Of a stretch of DNA of 64,000 nt, positions 62,053 to 64,000 are shown in pieces; positions within the stretch are counted from its first letter, which is position 1, and each line of letters opens with the position of its first letter. The stretch is taken from NCBI GenBank assembly GCA_052146315.1, contig JBKQNJ010000095.1, forward strand, positions 33,364 to 97,363. The letters are read 5' to 3'. Position numbers and translations under genes: made by a program. Source of the DNA: Candidatus Acidiferrales bacterium. Lineage in GTDB: Bacteria; Acidobacteriota; Terriglobia; Acidiferrales; UBA7541. The notes beneath the pieces are model-generated. The model did not search any database. It had not been told where the DNA came from and was given only the letters and a program-made list of their open reading frames with translations.

Positions 62053-64000
62053 GTGATACACACACGATTGTCTTTGCGTGGATTTGTGTCTGCGCTTCTT
62101 GCTTGCTCCGCAGTTTTCTTCCTCTGCATCTCCGTGGCGCTGGCCCAATCGGGCACCACGGGTGCGCTGACGGGTACCGTCACCGATCCTTCGGGCGCAG
62201 TCATCGCCGGCGCCACCGTCACAGCCACGAATATTGGCACGGGCCAAGCGCGCACCTCGACGACAGACGCCAGCGGGAGCTATAAATTTTCGCTGCTGTC
62301 TCCCGGCAATTACAGCGTGAAAATTTCTGCTGCGGGATTCAAGACCTCCGAAGTCAAGTCCATCACGGTCAACGCGACGGAGACCGCCGTGCTGAACCAG
62401 CCCCTTGCCGTCGGCGCGCAATCGGAACAAATTGTCGTCGAATCCACCACGGAGCGGCTGCAGACGCAGAATGCCACCATGGGAACCTTGGTGGGGTCGC
62501 AGACCGTAACCACCCTCCCGCTCAGCTCGCGCAACTACACCAACATCATCGATCTTTCGCCGGGCGTGGTGGCCAACGTCGCCAGCGCCGCCGCGGTCGG
62601 CAACGGCACGCAGGACATCAACGTCAACGGGATGGGCTCGGATCAGAACAATTACATGATGGATGGCGCGACGCTCACCAACTACGGCAGCGGCGGCGCG
62701 GCGCAGTCCGGCAACTTCCCGGGCATTGCCATTCCCAATCCGGATTCGATTCAAGAGTTCAAAATCCAGACTTCGCAATACGACGCCGAATACGGCCGCA
62801 ACCCCGGGGCCAGCGTCAACGTCACCACCAAGGATGGCACGAATACCTTCCACGGCGATGCTTGGGAGTTCTTCCGCAATAGCGCCCTCGACGCCAACGA
62901 TTTCTTCAACAAGGCGAGCCAGGCGCAACTTCATGCATCTGGTGTTGGTCCAGCCAACAAGCCCGAGACATTAAATGAGAATATGTTCGGCGGCACGCTG
63001 GGCGGTCCAATCATCAAAGACAAACTGTTCTTCTTCGGTTCTTACCAGGGTTTCCGTCAGCTCAACGCGGTAGGCACCAATGGCTTTGCCACGGGTCTCA
63101 GCACGGGCATCAGCCTCTATCCGTTTACCGCGCCGGGTGCAAACGGAGGCCGCGGCAACAGCGTAAGCGGCAGCATCCCGTTGGACTACATCGCCACGAA
63201 CCCGACCTGTGCCTATGCGTCCTATCGGCAATACCTGGGATGCGCGTTTGGCGGGACCTCCAGTCTTCTTTCATTCATTGGCCTTGGTGACGGCGTCCCC
63301 GTAGCGACGAATGGATCGAATATCAATCAGGTGGCCATTAACGCCCTCCAATTACCCGGCCCCAAGGGCGGCTTGAGCCAGGGCTATTATTTCCCCGGTG
63401 CCGTCTTTCAAAGTAATGGACTGCCCCAGATTAGTGGCTTAGCTGTCGCGGCCGTGCCGACTCGCGCGAACGAAGATCAGTACCTGGGTAACGTCGAGTA
63501 CGTGGTCGACTCTAAGAACACCTTCTTTCAGAAGTTTTTCTATTCCAAGGATCCGCAGGTCCAATCTTTTACTTGTCTTGACGGCATCGGCAACTTGGTC
63601 AATAGCTGCGCGCCGGGCGCTCCGGAGAATGTGAATTACACGTCTCTGAACGAAACACTCAAGCTCACCACGGTCGCTACCAGCAACCTCGTCAATGAAG
63701 CTCTGTTTTCGTTTATTCGAACGACGACGGTCGCCGTCCCTGGAAACTATATAACGGCTTGCGCTATAGGGGTTGTTCCGCCGCTCGCCAACGGGAACTG
63801 CTCCAACATCCCGAGCAGCAACAACATCAATCCGATCCAGCTGCAGATTCCCACTGTTTCTATCGCGGGTCTGCCGCTTCTTGCGCCAGCCGGCGTCGGG
63901 GCCGTTGGTTATGCGACGGGTGCACTGAATACAGGCGGAAACTTCTTCTCGTCGGCGACGAATTACTTCAACACTTTTGAGGCGAAGGACAACATCTCCT
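62053..64000 (+). CDS. TonB-dependent receptor with N-terminal CarboxypepD_reg domain (partial; continues beyond the right edge)
   Basis: Not in the ORF track. My translation from GTG 62053 gives (M)IHTRLSLRGFVSALLACSAVFFLCISVALAQSGTTGALTGTVTDPSGAVIAGATVTATNIGTGQARTSTTDASGSYKFSLLSPGNYSVKISAAGFK...YDAEYGRNPGASVNVTTKDGTN.FHG... It stays open to position 64000. Confidence 0.8.
   Translation, partial: MIHTRLSLRGFVSALLACSAVFFLCISVALAQSGTTGALTGTVTDPSGAVIAGATVTATNIGTGQARTSTTDASGSYKFSLLSPGNYSVKISAAGFKTSEVKSITVNATETAVLNQPLAVGAQSEQIVVESTTERLQTQNATMGTLVGSQTVTTLPLSSRNYTNIIDLSPGVVANVASAAAVGNGTQDINVNGMGSDQNNYMMDGATLTNYGSGGAAQSGNFPGIAIPNPDSIQEFKIQTSQYDAEYGRNPGASVNVTTKDGTNTFHGDAWEFFRNSALDANDFFNKASQAQLHASGVGPANKPETLNENMFGGTLGGPIIKDKLFFFGSYQGFRQLNAVGTNGFATGLSTGISLYPFTAPGANGGRGNSVSGSIPLDYIATNPTCAYASYRQYLGCAFGGTSSLLSFIGLGDGVPVATNGSNINQVAINALQLPGPKGGLSQGYYFPGAVFQSNGLPQISGLAVAAVPTRANEDQYLGNVEYVVDSKNTFFQKFFYSKDPQVQSFTCLDGIGNLVNSCAPGAPENVNYTSLNETLKLTTVATSNLVNEALFSFIRTTTVAVPGNYITACAIGVVPPLANGNCSNIPSSNNINPIQLQIPTVSIAGLPLLAPAGVGAVGYATGALNTGGNFFSSATNYFNTFEAKDNIS

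Noticed and set aside
61963-62934. 323-aa minus-strand ORF
   Set aside because: It is antisense to the TonB-dependent receptor. The receptor's plus-strand frame stays open to the window edge and has the characteristic CarboxypepD_reg N-terminus.

Overview
A high-G+C bacterial chromosomal segment. It is probably Acidobacteriota, inferred from the CarboxypepD_reg-type TonB receptor, hopanoid hpnH and the dispersed intergenic repeat families. It is densely coding on both strands. I saw no rRNA, tRNA, CRISPR array, transposase or integrase by eye.

Housekeeping content:
- hpnH, an M16 peptidase, rlmN, pgeF, acpS and mtaB
- ruvX-mltG, queF, comM/yifB and a dGTPase
- a yceD-rpmF-plsX-fabD-fabG-acpP-fabF lipid cluster, followed by etfBA, ridA, a CBS-domain cystathionine beta-synthase and a partial TonB-dependent receptor

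Accessory and regulatory content worth attention:
1. A low-G+C two-gene PRTase + SLOG/DprA-like cassette (ShosTA-like domain logic) sits between fabD and fabG. A further orphan ORF lies between fabG and acpP.
2. A low-G+C islet carries a DUF5131 (three-Cys, phage Gp37/Gp68) gene with a frameshifted TcmP partner.
3. A sigma-54 / c-di-GMP regulatory island (8.4-16.4 kb) holds two sigma-54 enhancer-binding proteins (bEBPs), a histidine kinase, two stand-alone PilZ genes and a GGDEF-PilZ fusion. Each PilZ-encoding gene is preceded by a -24/-12-like motif.
4. A polyphosphate neighbourhood contains CHAD, a sixA-ppx operon headed by two tandem thymidylate-kinase-like genes (one with a Lys-to-Arg P-loop), and a nearby PPK2 with a repeat-rich leader.
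5. A 939-aa HEAT-like/PilZ protein carries an in-frame Gly-Thr hexanucleotide repeat.
6. There is a Lon-like protease with degenerate Walker motifs.
7. There are several dispersed REP/MITE-like repeat families.

All functional calls come from motif-level reading of the supplied translations and my own translations. No database search was run.
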